IMG/VR virus record: IMGVR_UViG_3300022899_000001 | Location: 13,731-77,730 of that record | Reading direction: 5' to 3' (one strand) | Source: a virus | Taxonomy: Duplodnaviria > Caudoviricetes | Length of the DNA: 64,000 bases | Shown here: one piece after another, positions 9,254 through 18,763 of the stretch | How the letters are laid out: every line of letters starts with the position of its first letter | Numbering within the stretch: the first letter of the stretch is position 1 | The notes under the pieces: model-generated | The model's database searches: none | Seen by the model: only the letters and a program-made list of their open reading frames with translations | What the model was told of the DNA's origin: nothing | Program-made: the position numbers and the translations under genes

Positions 9254-10675
9254 TCAACGCAACCAGTCGTTCAAGAAAGAGTCAGTCTTGTTTTTCTGAG
9301 GCTCGTCTTTATTACCGGCAGCGTGCGCAGACATTGGCGCCACGGTTGCCGCAGGAGAATTGACGTGCGGCCTTTGTTCAGGCGGTGTTTCGGATGGCTT
9401 CGCCGGAGCGACAGGCGGTGTTGGAGTGCCGTTCACTTTCTGATAACCACGCGCTTTGGCGATGGCTTCCCACCGATTTTCTTCGTCAGCGAGACTTTGC
9501 TGAGCCAATGCAGCCTGTTCCGCAGCGTACAAAACCGCGAGATCGGTTTCAGACAAACGCCAATAGCGACTGCGTTGCGCGGTCGGCAGGCTGTTGTATT
9601 CGTCGGCGGTGATGAACACTGTCCCGGCAGCGTCGGCGCGATTCAATTTCTTGGCCAGTTCCGCCTGTTCCGCAGGTGCCATGCCTTTGACCGTCTGTTG
9701 CTGGCGTTCCGCGAAGTCGGCGATGAAGCGGTGCTTCGGATTCTTGTCGTCGAACGATTCCAAACCGTTCGTGAGTTTGTGCAGGTCGGCGGCGAATAAC
9801 GGCACGGAGTTGGCCATCTGGACCACGACAGCCTTGGTCGGGTCAGCGTCCACGATGCGTTTGAGTTCTGCTGGGTCAGCCTTGGCGAATTCTTCCCCGG
9901 CCATTGCATAGTACGAACGGCGTGCGTGTTCGGCGGCGGCGGCAATCAGCGGTTCGGCGTCCCGGACTTTCTCCCTGGCTTCGAGTTCGCCAATGCGCTT
10001 GGACTCTTTGGTTTCCTTCTTCTCCAATAATTGTTCCGCCTCGATGCGGGCCAGCGTGCGGTTGTAGAAATGGTCGTCGAGTTGGACATCGTTCTTTTGG
10101 TAAAATGCGTCGTGCTCGCTATCGTCGGGATTGAACGGCTTTCCGGGATTGTCCTTTTCCCATTGCTGCTGGTAAGTGCCAGCGCGTTGAATGGAGTCGG
10201 CAAACTCCTTGGCTTTGCCGGCAAACTTCGTGAACTCCTTTTCCATCCGCTGAATGACGGCGTATTGGTCGCGTTCGGATTCCGTCATCAAATCGGTTTC
10301 GGAAGGCGCTTTCTTTTCGTTGGCCTTCGACAGAGCGGCGGCGGCACCGCGGCCAGAGGCTTCGGCGATCTTCTCGTAATCCACCGGAGCAGGCTGAGGC
10401 GGAAGTGGAGCAGTTGCAGCGGCAGGCTTGCACTTTTTCGGCTTGCCTTCATCCTTGGGCGTGCCTTCGCCTTCGACGGGAGGCTTCTTGTCCGTCGTCT
10501 CAACGTTGTCGGGTTTTTTGTCATCGGGTTTCTTTTCTTCGGCTGGCTTCTTCTCCGGTTTCTTGTCCGTGCTGCGATGGGTCTGGCCGGAAATCATTTC
10601 GTCGAGAAACGAAACGTCGTTATCCAGTTCGGTCTGTGCGCCGGGCTTGGCTTCTAGTGTGGCAGGTTCGCTCAT
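9254..10675 (-). CDS. Capsid scaffolding protein
   Basis: 473 aa; charged, helical, with K/E/P/D low-complexity N-terminus; directly upstream of the capsid gene. Confidence 0.65.
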   Translation of the reverse strand: MSEPATLEAKPGAQTELDNDVSFLDEMISGQTHRSTDKKPEKKPAEEKKPDDKKPDNVETTDKKPPVEGEGTPKDEGKPKKCKPAAATAPLPPQPAPVDYEKIAEASGRGAAAALSKANEKKAPSETDLMTESERDQYAVIQRMEKEFTKFAGKAKEFADSIQRAGTYQQQWEKDNPGKPFNPDDSEHDAFYQKNDVQLDDHFYNRTLARIEAEQLLEKKETKESKRIGELEAREKVRDAEPLIAAAAEHARRSYYAMAGEEFAKADPAELKRIVDADPTKAVVVQMANSVPLFAADLHKLTNGLESFDDKNPKHRFIADFAERQQQTVKGMAPAEQAELAKKLNRADAAGTVFITADEYNSLPTAQRSRYWRLSETDLAVLYAAEQAALAQQSLADEENRWEAIAKARGYQKVNGTPTPPVAPAKPSETPPEQRPHVNSPAATVAPMSAHAAGNKDEPQKNKTDSFLNDWLR

Positions 10676-11028
10676 AGTGTTATTGGAGTGATTTCAGGGA
10701 TTGCGGTTGTGAACGGTTGGTTTGGTGGTTGTTGGCGTAACGCGATCAACGTGGAAATCATCTGCTGCAACTCGTCAGCTTCTTTGGCGAATCCCTTCGC
10801 ATTATCTTCATAGGCCGGGTACATGTCGCGTCCAAACCTGCTTGCAGCGCACTTCAATTCCTTCTCGCACAGACGCGAGTTCAACACGTCCAGCAACAGG
10901 CTGAATTCAGACTGGGCCAGCCATGCTCGGAGCGAGGCTTCCTGTTGGGGCAGTAACGATTGTTGTTTGAGCTGGAGGTTCAAGTGGTGGTACGAGTGCT
11001 CCGTTATTAACCATTGGTTGTGTGACAC
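10672..11028 (-). CDS. Hypothetical protein between portal and scaffold (start uncertain)
   Basis: Stop overlaps the scaffold ATG; the 5' part overlaps the portal 3' end in another frame. Confidence 0.55.
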   Translation of the reverse strand: MSHNQWLITEHSYHHLNLQLKQQSLLPQQEASLRAWLAQSEFSLLLDVLNSRLCEKELKCAASRFGRDMYPAYEDNAKGFAKEADELQQMISTLIALRQQPPNQPFTTAIPEITPITL

Positions 11029-13333
11029 CGCCAGCAGCAGCCACGCTTGAAGCTTGGCTCATCATATCAGGCGGCTGGATAGGCAACGCAGCTTGAGCGA
11101 GCGCCTGAATGCGTTCGACGGCTTTGGCGAGTTCCGCGATTTGCTCGCCTTGCTGGATGATGGCTTTCTGTTGTTCCAGATTCATCGCCTTTTGTTCGCC
11201 GATGGCTTCCGCCGCTGGCTTGGCAATCTGCTCGCCAACGTCCTTGAAGATTGCCGCCTTGATCTGTTCGACGGCCTGGACGAGTTGTTGCGATGTCTGC
11301 GCGTCTTTGTTGGTTCGGATTTTGAAATCGGCGTCGGCTCCGGCTTTGCGGGCGAGAATCTCCAGTTGTTCCAGAACGGAAGTCGGGTCGAGAATCTGAG
11401 CAACCATAGGATTCTGGTTGATGGCCTGAATCGCCAGATAACCCGCCTGTGCCGTGCGAGCGTCATCCTGACGATCCGGCCCCTCGCGTTGCGATACGAA
11501 GCCTTCAATTTTAAGATTCTCCGTTTTGCCTTTGACGATGGTTTTCTTGTGGTCCGGCAAATCCTCCACCTTGTCGAAGCCAAGGTCCTCCAGATGTTTG
11601 TCGAGATCAGGAATGTCGGATGAAACCTGCGCGATGAATTCACGCGGCGCGTGCGCCAGCATCGCCTCGTACTTCTGCCGCTTCCAAGCGTCAATCGCAT
11701 CGTCGGTAAACGAAGCAGTGTATTTGAGCCGATTCGTCGTGTTGACGCTTGTGATCTGGACTTCCTTTACGGATTGCTGATGCGAAGCCGCTGCACCGAT
11801 TTCCTGCGGGCTGATGACCAACGTGCGTTCGAGCAGTGAAGTGACGACGTTGATTGTCGCCATCATCTCCGCCGTGTTGCCCTGCGGGAAGGTGACGGTT
11901 TGAAGCGCGTTCTGTCCGGTTGTCACCATGCCTACCCGCGTCTGTGCTGAATCAAACGGGACAATCTGCGGACCTTGATATTCCCAGTTGTCTTTTTTCT
12001 CCAGTGCTTCCATCGCCGACTTGGCGCCTGACCGAACATCGTAAAGCACCAGTTTCCACAGGTTGTGCTTCGTCGTCAGATGAACCTGCGTCAGCAAATT
12101 GCTCAACAAATCCTGCGCCCACAGAATTTCCAGCGCGAGACTGGCGTTCAGTCCACGGTTTTGATCGGAGTCGTAACCGTCGTAGATGATGGGAGAATAG
12201 CTGTACGAATCGGCAAAGATAACGGTGTCGTCTGAAGCGACGGTCAACCCGAACCACACAGGCTTATCGTAATCGCCCAAGTCCCAATCCTTCGGGACGA
12301 GCTTCATAAACAGGTAGGTGACGAACACGCCTTTGTCGTAATCCGTTTCGATGTACTTCGTGGCGATGTCTTGTCGGTCGGTTTCCGTGCTGGCCTTCGG
12401 CATCACGGGAACTTGCTCCGTGCATGGGTAAGCCTGCTTGAAGTAGTTCGCCCATGTCGCGGTTGGCGATAGCCAATCAATCTGGCCGTAGCTGATGTCC
12501 TCTTTGTTCCAGTAGTCCTTGTTCCGCGCCACGTCGCCGTAGCGCATCATCCCCCAATGCCCACCGAACGTGCAGCCAGTGTCAGTGTTAAAAGTGTCAG
12601 GAGGATATTGCTGGTCCCAGAACTCGCGGGTGATGTGCGGTAGAACATGACGAGTGCCTTGCCGAACCGTCTTCATCTTCCCATCCTCACCTTCCTGTTC
12701 CTCGGTGTACCACGGCTCACGCGGGAACATGAGCGCGACGGAATACATGCAGGAATTGAAGATCATTTGGCGCAACGAGGAGCGATGCCCCATTGTCACC
12801 GTCATCGCCTGCGCCGCATCCGTGACAATCTCACAACGAATTTTGTTCTGCGTCGTGGACTTCAACGGCTCGTAGGAATGCAGCGGGTTCAGGTTGCGGT
12901 CGTTGAAAAGCTTGGCGACGCGGACAGTCAGGTATGCCCGCACGAGCGGCACTGTCACGGGCACAAAAGCGGGAGCGTTGAGTTCGTAAAGGTCGGTGCC
13001 GTTCGGCCCCGCGCCCGGTTTGCAGCAAAACACTTCGCGCTCGTTCAGCTTCCATGACTTGACTGTTTCACGGATTTGCGCGGCTGTGCCTTCGCCGCCC
13101 ATGATGGCGCGGAGAATCGTCGGTGTGATCTGGTTGAAAGGCGCGTCGTAGGCGAGGTCAACCGCCGCCCACATTCGGTGGTCTTTGAGCGAACGCTTGC
13201 GCCCATCGGTTACGCGGTCGCGGATGAGGTCGAGAAGCTTTTTGACACCGGGCTTCTTGGTTTTTGCCTCAAACAGAGGCTTCAAGCTGGCAGAGTCGAG
13301 CTTGTGTGCGGTAAGTGTCTTTTGAGAAATCAC
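10907..13333 (-). CDS. Portal protein (P22/T7-like, long coiled C-terminal barrel), ~808 aa
   Basis: Size, position and Q/A-rich coiled C-terminus. The GTG at 13333 overlaps the upstream TGA (GTGA) and is preferred over the track start at 13507. Confidence 0.7.
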   Translation of the reverse strand: MISQKTLTAHKLDSASLKPLFEAKTKKPGVKKLLDLIRDRVTDGRKRSLKDHRMWAAVDLAYDAPFNQITPTILRAIMGGEGTAAQIRETVKSWKLNEREVFCCKPGAGPNGTDLYELNAPAFVPVTVPLVRAYLTVRVAKLFNDRNLNPLHSYEPLKSTTQNKIRCEIVTDAAQAMTVTMGHRSSLRQMIFNSCMYSVALMFPREPWYTEEQEGEDGKMKTVRQGTRHVLPHITREFWDQQYPPDTFNTDTGCTFGGHWGMMRYGDVARNKDYWNKEDISYGQIDWLSPTATWANYFKQAYPCTEQVPVMPKASTETDRQDIATKYIETDYDKGVFVTYLFMKLVPKDWDLGDYDKPVWFGLTVASDDTVIFADSYSYSPIIYDGYDSDQNRGLNASLALEILWAQDLLSNLLTQVHLTTKHNLWKLVLYDVRSGAKSAMEALEKKDNWEYQGPQIVPFDSAQTRVGMVTTGQNALQTVTFPQGNTAEMMATINVVTSLLERTLVISPQEIGAAASHQQSVKEVQITSVNTTNRLKYTASFTDDAIDAWKRQKYEAMLAHAPREFIAQVSSDIPDLDKHLEDLGFDKVEDLPDHKKTIVKGKTENLKIEGFVSQREGPDRQDDARTAQAGYLAIQAINQNPMVAQILDPTSVLEQLEILARKAGADADFKIRTNKDAQTSQQLVQAVEQIKAAIFKDVGEQIAKPAAEAIGEQKAMNLEQQKAIIQQGEQIAELAKAVERIQALAQAALPIQPPDMMSQASSVAAAGGVTQPMVNNGALVPPLEPPAQTTIVTAPTGSLAPSMAGPV

Positions 13334-13560
13334 TTGGCGGGCTTGGCGATCAGTAGTGCGATGCCGGGAGATTTCTTCGCAGCGTATTCCGGTTCGGCTT
13401 CCTCTGATGCGGCTGGTTCTTCGGGCACTTCCTCCGCATTGGTCGCCGTGAACTTCATCGGTGCATCCTGAGTGACGGTGAACTGGTATTCCGAGCCGTC
13501 TTCCCATGATTTTATAGCGGAAATCAGGTCCGGGTCGGTGACGGTGATCGTGACATTCAT
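13330..13560 (-). CDS. Small acidic hypothetical protein, first gene of the head operon
   Basis: 76 aa, translationally coupled to the portal gene. Confidence 0.65.
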   Translation of the reverse strand: MNVTITVTDPDLISAIKSWEDGSEYQFTVTQDAPMKFTATNAEEVPEEPAASEEAEPEYAAKKSPGIALLIAKPAK

Positions 13561-13638
13561 GGCATTAGAAAGTTGGCTGTGGTAAACAGTCTCAGGAAGT
13601 GGTAACGCTAATGCAGTGCTGAGTCAACCTATTCCTGA

Positions 13639-15186
13639 ATGATTCAAAACGGCGTTTGGCGCCCTGACTTGTTTCCACGTCAATTCGACCTGTTGCGCGA
13701 GTGCCGCAAGCGCGATGGGATGCGGAAGTTCATTCTCGCCAGTGGTCCGCGCTGGTCAGCCAAAAGCCGGGCGTGCTGGGAAGCAATCGTTGACCACGCT
13801 TGGAACGTCAAACACGCCTCGATTTGCATTCTGGCCAAGTCCATCACGTCTGGCAGCAGTTCCGGACATTGGAACATGATAACCGAGCAGATTGTCCCCG
13901 AATGGATTGCCGGCGACTTCGGATTCAACTGGGCGCCAATGGGCATAGGCCGGTGGAAGAACGAGTTGGCCACGCCACGGCAGGACGGCACGACCAAGAA
14001 ACTGTTTTGCCGAGTCCGCAACAAGTTTGGCGGCAGTTCACGTCTGGAATTAAACTCCCTGATGGACGAGCGTGACGTGGAAGGCTTCTTCAAAGACCGC
14101 TACTTCTCTATGATTTACTGGCCGGAGCTTTCCGAGTACGAAGATTTCAAGACGTTTGACACGTTGAAGCACGCCTTGCGCTGTCCTGGTGTAGCGGAGG
14201 AAGATCATGTGTTGCTGGCCGACACCAACCCGTCCAACAAGAAGCATTTCGCTTACAAGGAATGGTACGAGCTTCGGACGGCTGACCCGGAGGATTTACC
14301 AGAGGAACAGCGACCGCGCCAGAAGCACCTTCGCCTTCTCGAATTCACGCTCGACGACAATCTTTCCCTGAGCGAACAGCGTAAGAAAGATATTCTGGCG
14401 GATTTCTCCTACGATCCGCAGGTTCTTGCGCGATACGGTTACGGTCGGTGGACGGATGCGGACACGGGCGGTTTGTTCACAGGCACATTCCTGCCAGCCA
14501 TTCACATTGTCGGCGACGAACACGATCCTGACACCGAGATTTTAATTCCACAGGATGGGTGTTCGGAATTGCTGTGCGGTTGGGACATCGGCGGAACGAA
14601 TAGCGCAATGGCGATGGCTGAGCAGATTTATCCCGGCGATCCTGGCGTGCCAGAATCATCCGTCTTCAAATTCATTGACGAGGAAGTTGTCATTGGTGAA
14701 CGGCTATCTGTCGCGGAGTTCACTGAGCTTGCGCTGGAAAAAATAAATCTATGGGAAGCGTGGATTGGTAAGCCTGTAATGTGGGTTCATTGGAGCGACC
14801 GCAGCGCGTTCGACCGATGGGAGCCAATCTCCAAGACGTATCACCATCAGGAAGTGTATGCTGCCAGTGGTGGGAAAATCATTCTGCAAAGCGTTCATCA
14901 AGGCCGCGAGAGTGTCGCGCAACGAGTTCGCCTGTGGAAGAAGTTGTTGTTTCAGCAACGGCTCTTGTTCTCTGCGGCGAGATGTCCGAAGCTGATTGAG
15001 ATGAACAGGCTTATCAAATGCGGGAAACATCCCTATTCTATAAGCAGCCAGAGTGAGTACAAGCACATCTTCGACGCCGCGAGTTACTTGGTCATACGCC
15101 AGTGTTGGACCGAATTGGAAAACCTTGTGTCAGGCATCAACACTGCCGATAGTGGCGATGCGCGATTGGTTTCGGTTAGGCTATGA
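13639..15186 (+). CDS. terL: Terminase large subunit
   Basis: ILASGPRWSAKS (Walker A-like), MIYWPELSE (Walker B position), LADTNP (motif III/coupling), C-terminal RNase H-like GWDIGG...HIFDAASY. Confidence 0.85.
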   Translation: MIQNGVWRPDLFPRQFDLLRECRKRDGMRKFILASGPRWSAKSRACWEAIVDHAWNVKHASICILAKSITSGSSSGHWNMITEQIVPEWIAGDFGFNWAPMGIGRWKNELATPRQDGTTKKLFCRVRNKFGGSSRLELNSLMDERDVEGFFKDRYFSMIYWPELSEYEDFKTFDTLKHALRCPGVAEEDHVLLADTNPSNKKHFAYKEWYELRTADPEDLPEEQRPRQKHLRLLEFTLDDNLSLSEQRKKDILADFSYDPQVLARYGYGRWTDADTGGLFTGTFLPAIHIVGDEHDPDTEILIPQDGCSELLCGWDIGGTNSAMAMAEQIYPGDPGVPESSVFKFIDEEVVIGERLSVAEFTELALEKINLWEAWIGKPVMWVHWSDRSAFDRWEPISKTYHHQEVYAASGGKIILQSVHQGRESVAQRVRLWKKLLFQQRLLFSAARCPKLIEMNRLIKCGKHPYSISSQSEYKHIFDAASYLVIRQCWTELENLVSGINTADSGDARLVSVRL

Positions 15187-15668
15187 ACAAAGTTAGACTC
15201 TGCGCCTCACTCCTTATCGCCGCCTTCGGCTCAAACCCGTTCCGTCGTGATTTCTGGCGACGCCTCGGAAAAGCGGTGAAGCTCTGGTTTGGTGGATTGA
15301 AGGAAGGCGGCAAAGTAAGCGATGAGATTTACGAAAAGCGCATTGCCGCCTGCCGCCAATGCCCGATCAGTTTTCAGAAGTTCGGACTGCTGACGTGTGG
15401 CTCTCCGTTGGTGAAGGAACTGCGAGACAAGGGCTGTTTTTGCGATATGGTGACGGCTGCAAGGCTGACGGAAAAGACCTGTTGGCTGGACACAGAAACA
15501 GACTTGGATTTCGGCTGGCGCAGAGTCTTTGGCAGTGCGCAGACTTCGGCACCACCGCCTGACGAGAATCCACCGCCATCCGACGCCGAAAACAAACCCA
15601 CGGCTACACTGTCTTTGGTCAACCCTCCCGTGTATGTTGGCACCGCTGGTTCAAAAACGCCAGAATAA
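15183..15668 (+). CDS. Cys-rich (putative Zn-binding) phage protein
   Basis: RIAACRQCP...TCG...GCFC...TCW pattern. Confidence 0.6.
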   Translation: MNKVRLCASLLIAAFGSNPFRRDFWRRLGKAVKLWFGGLKEGGKVSDEIYEKRIAACRQCPISFQKFGLLTCGSPLVKELRDKGCFCDMVTAARLTEKTCWLDTETDLDFGWRRVFGSAQTSAPPPDENPPPSDAENKPTATLSLVNPPVYVGTAGSKTPE

Positions 15669-18600
15669 TGCCAACCCGCCAAGCCATTCTCGATGCCGTC
15701 TTCGCGTTCAAGCAGGCTGGCGGCACAGTTATCGTCGTCGCACCGCGAGCTAGCGGTGTCTTGCAGGGATTCGACCTCGCCGAACGCATTGCCACAGGCG
15801 GTTTCTTCATCAACGCCAGCGATTCAACTTCGGCTGACACGTTGCTGCAACTCAATTATCTTAAGAAACTGCTGTGCGCAGGCTCGTGCGTTGATCCAGG
15901 AGACAGGCACGAGAATCTTCCGGCTATGGACTACGCGACGTTTGTGAACTGGGAGATTGTCGAAGGCAGCGTCAACCTGCTTGGTCCGGGCTTACGCGAT
16001 TTCCTTCCCGGCAACGGGCTTTACATCGAGTTATCCGGCCAGTCGCATACTGTCATCCGAACAATAGACACGTTCGACGTGGTTGCTGGCCAGACGTACT
16101 TGATCTCGTTCAAAGCCGCTGGCAACCAGCAATCGGAAGCCTCGCAATCCATCACGGTATCGCTGCGGGTTGGCGATACGAAGGTATTTGAGCAAACGGT
16201 GTTCCCAGCGTGGAACGACGTGTTCCAGACCTACAACTTCAATTTCACTGCGGCGTTTGACGCCCCTGTTCGCATCTACTTCGAGCAGAATTACGCTGGC
16301 ACAATTGTTCCCGGCACGATGCTGGACGACATCTTGTTCAAGAACGGTGGAACAACGTTGCTGGAGGACAACTTCGATGACGAGAACCTGACTTACATTC
16401 CGCCTGCCTGCGGGGAGAGTGGTGCACTCGACGAAGTTGCCGATCCTGATGCTCCGGTTGTGGCGCCAGAAACGACTGGCGGTGCCGCCGCGCCATTACC
16501 ATTCACTGAGGCGTACGTTTATTCGCTCACGGCGGTAACAAACGAAGGCGAGACGGCTGAGGTTCTTTGTTCGGTTGATCCTGAACCACCTTCTGCGGAT
16601 GAGGCGGGCGACGTTAATCGCATCACTTGGGCGGCTGCGTCCTCGCCACGGATTGTCGCTTGGCGTCTGTGGCGTTCGTTGGGTGAGGATTTGTCAGGCT
16701 GGTCCGGCCCGACCGCGCCGCGCTATCTTCTGGCTCAACTGCCGGCAAATCAGACGACATACATTGACAGTGAGCATATCGCGGAGTTCACCGCCCGCTA
16801 CGAATCTTCTGTGACGGCGCCGACGGTCAACACCACGGCGGTTGCGGCTGGCGGGTTGGGTTACGGATATGCGTCATGCTGTGATTATTACTCAGTGTCC
16901 GGGACGGAGGAAGGTGACTTGATTGTGCCGGGAGAACCTGGAGGTCCACCAGCCAACGCCACCGTCACCGACGAAAGCAACGGCGGTAGCGACCCAACCA
17001 TTGGAGTATGGCTCATCTGTGATGGAGACTTGGGAACATTGTGGGCAGGCAACGTTTCAGTTGATCCAGCTTGGGTTAAGTTTGAGTTCGCAAATGCCAA
17101 ACTCATACAGGAATATCGGATCACGCCGGATTTGGACACCAACCCCGCCGCTTGGACCGCACCGCAAGCGTGGGTTCTGGAGGGAAGCAACAACGATTCA
17201 GATTGGACTGAGATTGATTCGCAATCCGGCGTAGGCGGATGGGCGCACCTTGTGGCTCAATCATTCTCCGTGTCGCCTGTGGATTCCTACAAGTTTTTCC
17301 GGTTCACATTCACCGAGACAACTGATGCCCTTGTTCCAGAGGTAGGAATTGCTGAGTTGCAATTTACCGGCAACCCGGATGTGTTGGAATTTGTAAACAA
17401 CTGCCCTGAATGCCTCAAGGAAGTTCCTGGCACGCAGGTTGCCGATCCGACGCCGTTGGCCGACATCGAAAGCGGGTTCAATCCGCCTGTGATTTATTCC
17501 AGCACCAAGTCGGTTGATGTTGGTTGTCCTGTCGGATTCGCCAATGCGCCGACTGCGAACATTGTTCCCGTGATGACAAGCGCATCCGCACCGTCTGGCA
17601 CGGTGATTTCCAGCGCGGGCGAGGCAGTGGGCTTCGAGGCATGGCGTGTCTTTGACGACGATCCCGATACCTACATGGATTTGGTCGGCACAATCACCGG
17701 CTACGTCGGCTACCTCAACACCGTCACGAAGATTGCAACGAGTTACAGGTTGACAGCCCGTTCGGATTACACGCTCGGCACTCCCAAGGCATGGACATTC
17801 GAGGGCAGCAACGACGGTTCGACATGGGACGTGCTGGATACGCGCTCGAACATCATGTGGTTCGCCGGCCAGACACAAACTTTTAGCTTTCCTAATTCAA
17901 CTAGCTACCTCTATTATCGCCTGAATGTCTCGACCAACGTGTCCGGCGACGCCAGTTCCAATCTTTCATTGGCCGGTCTTGAGATTTTCGGTGCCAGTGC
18001 GGCAACTGCCCACGGTGAAGCGACCGCGACTTCAAGCATTTCTCAACAGGATGCGGACACCAAGGCTACGGCTGCGGCCACTGCCGCAGCGCAGGCGCAG
18101 TTGAATTGCGTTGTCGTCTTTACCTCGACGCAATCGGCGCAAAGCACGCCTTGCCCGATTGGAAGTTACGGTGGTCCGCCTGTCACGAAGTCAGCCACGG
18201 CAACCAGCTACAATTCGCAAGCGGAAGCGGATGCTCTTGCCACTGCCGCAGCGCAGGCGCTCGCGGATGAAGGCAGGGATTGTCTGCAAAGCAACAACAC
18301 GAGTGGGGTTACGATTGGTGATTTGGCAAATGGTGTGCCTTATCCTTCTGTTTCCTACATCGCCGCTGCCGGCGTCATCACAAACGTCCAAGTCAACCTC
18401 AACGGACTAACGCATCCGACGCCCGACGATCTTCGCATCCTCCTAGTGAGTCCGTCAGGGACCGGAGTGTGGCTGATGAAGGATTGCGGAGGAACAAACG
18501 GCCTGAGCAACGTCAATCTTGTGTTCGACGACACGGGCGGTGCGCTGCCGGATTCAACTCAGATCACGTCCGGCACTTACGCGCCGACGATCTTTGGTGG

Positions 18601-18760
18601 AAATCAATTGCCGAATCCGCCTGCTCCACAAAATCTTCCGTCGCTCACGCTCGCGGCTTTTGCGGGAGAGGATAGGCAAGGTTCGTGGGCGCTCTACATT
18701 TCCGACGATTTGGTTGTTGGCGCTGGTAGCGTCGCCTCGTGGTCGTTGATATTCACTTGA
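15668..18760 (+). CDS. Multi-domain virion protein: CBM-like jelly roll, two discoidin (F5/8C)-like domains, DUF5977-like repeats, C-terminal proprotein-convertase P domain
   Basis: PQAWVLEGSNNDSDWTEID and PKAWTFEGSNDGSTWDVLD (discoidin); ITNVQVNLNGLTHPTPDDLRILLVSPSGT...AFAGEDRQGSWALYISDD...GSVASWSL (P domain). Confidence 0.75.
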   Translation: MPTRQAILDAVFAFKQAGGTVIVVAPRASGVLQGFDLAERIATGGFFINASDSTSADTLLQLNYLKKLLCAGSCVDPGDRHENLPAMDYATFVNWEIVEGSVNLLGPGLRDFLPGNGLYIELSGQSHTVIRTIDTFDVVAGQTYLISFKAAGNQQSEASQSITVSLRVGDTKVFEQTVFPAWNDVFQTYNFNFTAAFDAPVRIYFEQNYAGTIVPGTMLDDILFKNGGTTLLEDNFDDENLTYIPPACGESGALDEVADPDAPVVAPETTGGAAAPLPFTEAYVYSLTAVTNEGETAEVLCSVDPEPPSADEAGDVNRITWAAASSPRIVAWRLWRSLGEDLSGWSGPTAPRYLLAQLPANQTTYIDSEHIAEFTARYESSVTAPTVNTTAVAAGGLGYGYASCCDYYSVSGTEEGDLIVPGEPGGPPANATVTDESNGGSDPTIGVWLICDGDLGTLWAGNVSVDPAWVKFEFANAKLIQEYRITPDLDTNPAAWTAPQAWVLEGSNNDSDWTEIDSQSGVGGWAHLVAQSFSVSPVDSYKFFRFTFTETTDALVPEVGIAELQFTGNPDVLEFVNNCPECLKEVPGTQVADPTPLADIESGFNPPVIYSSTKSVDVGCPVGFANAPTANIVPVMTSASAPSGTVISSAGEAVGFEAWRVFDDDPDTYMDLVGTITGYVGYLNTVTKIATSYRLTARSDYTLGTPKAWTFEGSNDGSTWDVLDTRSNIMWFAGQTQTFSFPNSTSYLYYRLNVSTNVSGDASSNLSLAGLEIFGASAATAHGEATATSSISQQDADTKATAAATAAAQAQLNCVVVFTSTQSAQSTPCPIGSYGGPPVTKSATATSYNSQAEADALATAAAQALADEGRDCLQSNNTSGVTIGDLANGVPYPSVSYIAAAGVITNVQVNLNGLTHPTPDDLRILLVSPSGTGVWLMKDCGGTNGLSNVNLVFDDTGGALPDSTQITSGTYAPTIFGGNQLPNPPAPQNLPSLTLAAFAGEDRQGSWALYISDDLVVGAGSVASWSLIFT

Positions 18761-18763
18761 GCC

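Noticed and set aside
7394-11623. Long plus-strand ORFs 7394-8083, 8156-9799, 10031-10657, 11054-11623
   Set aside because: They mirror the capsid, scaffold and portal genes codon for codon; typical GC-rich antisense ORFs.
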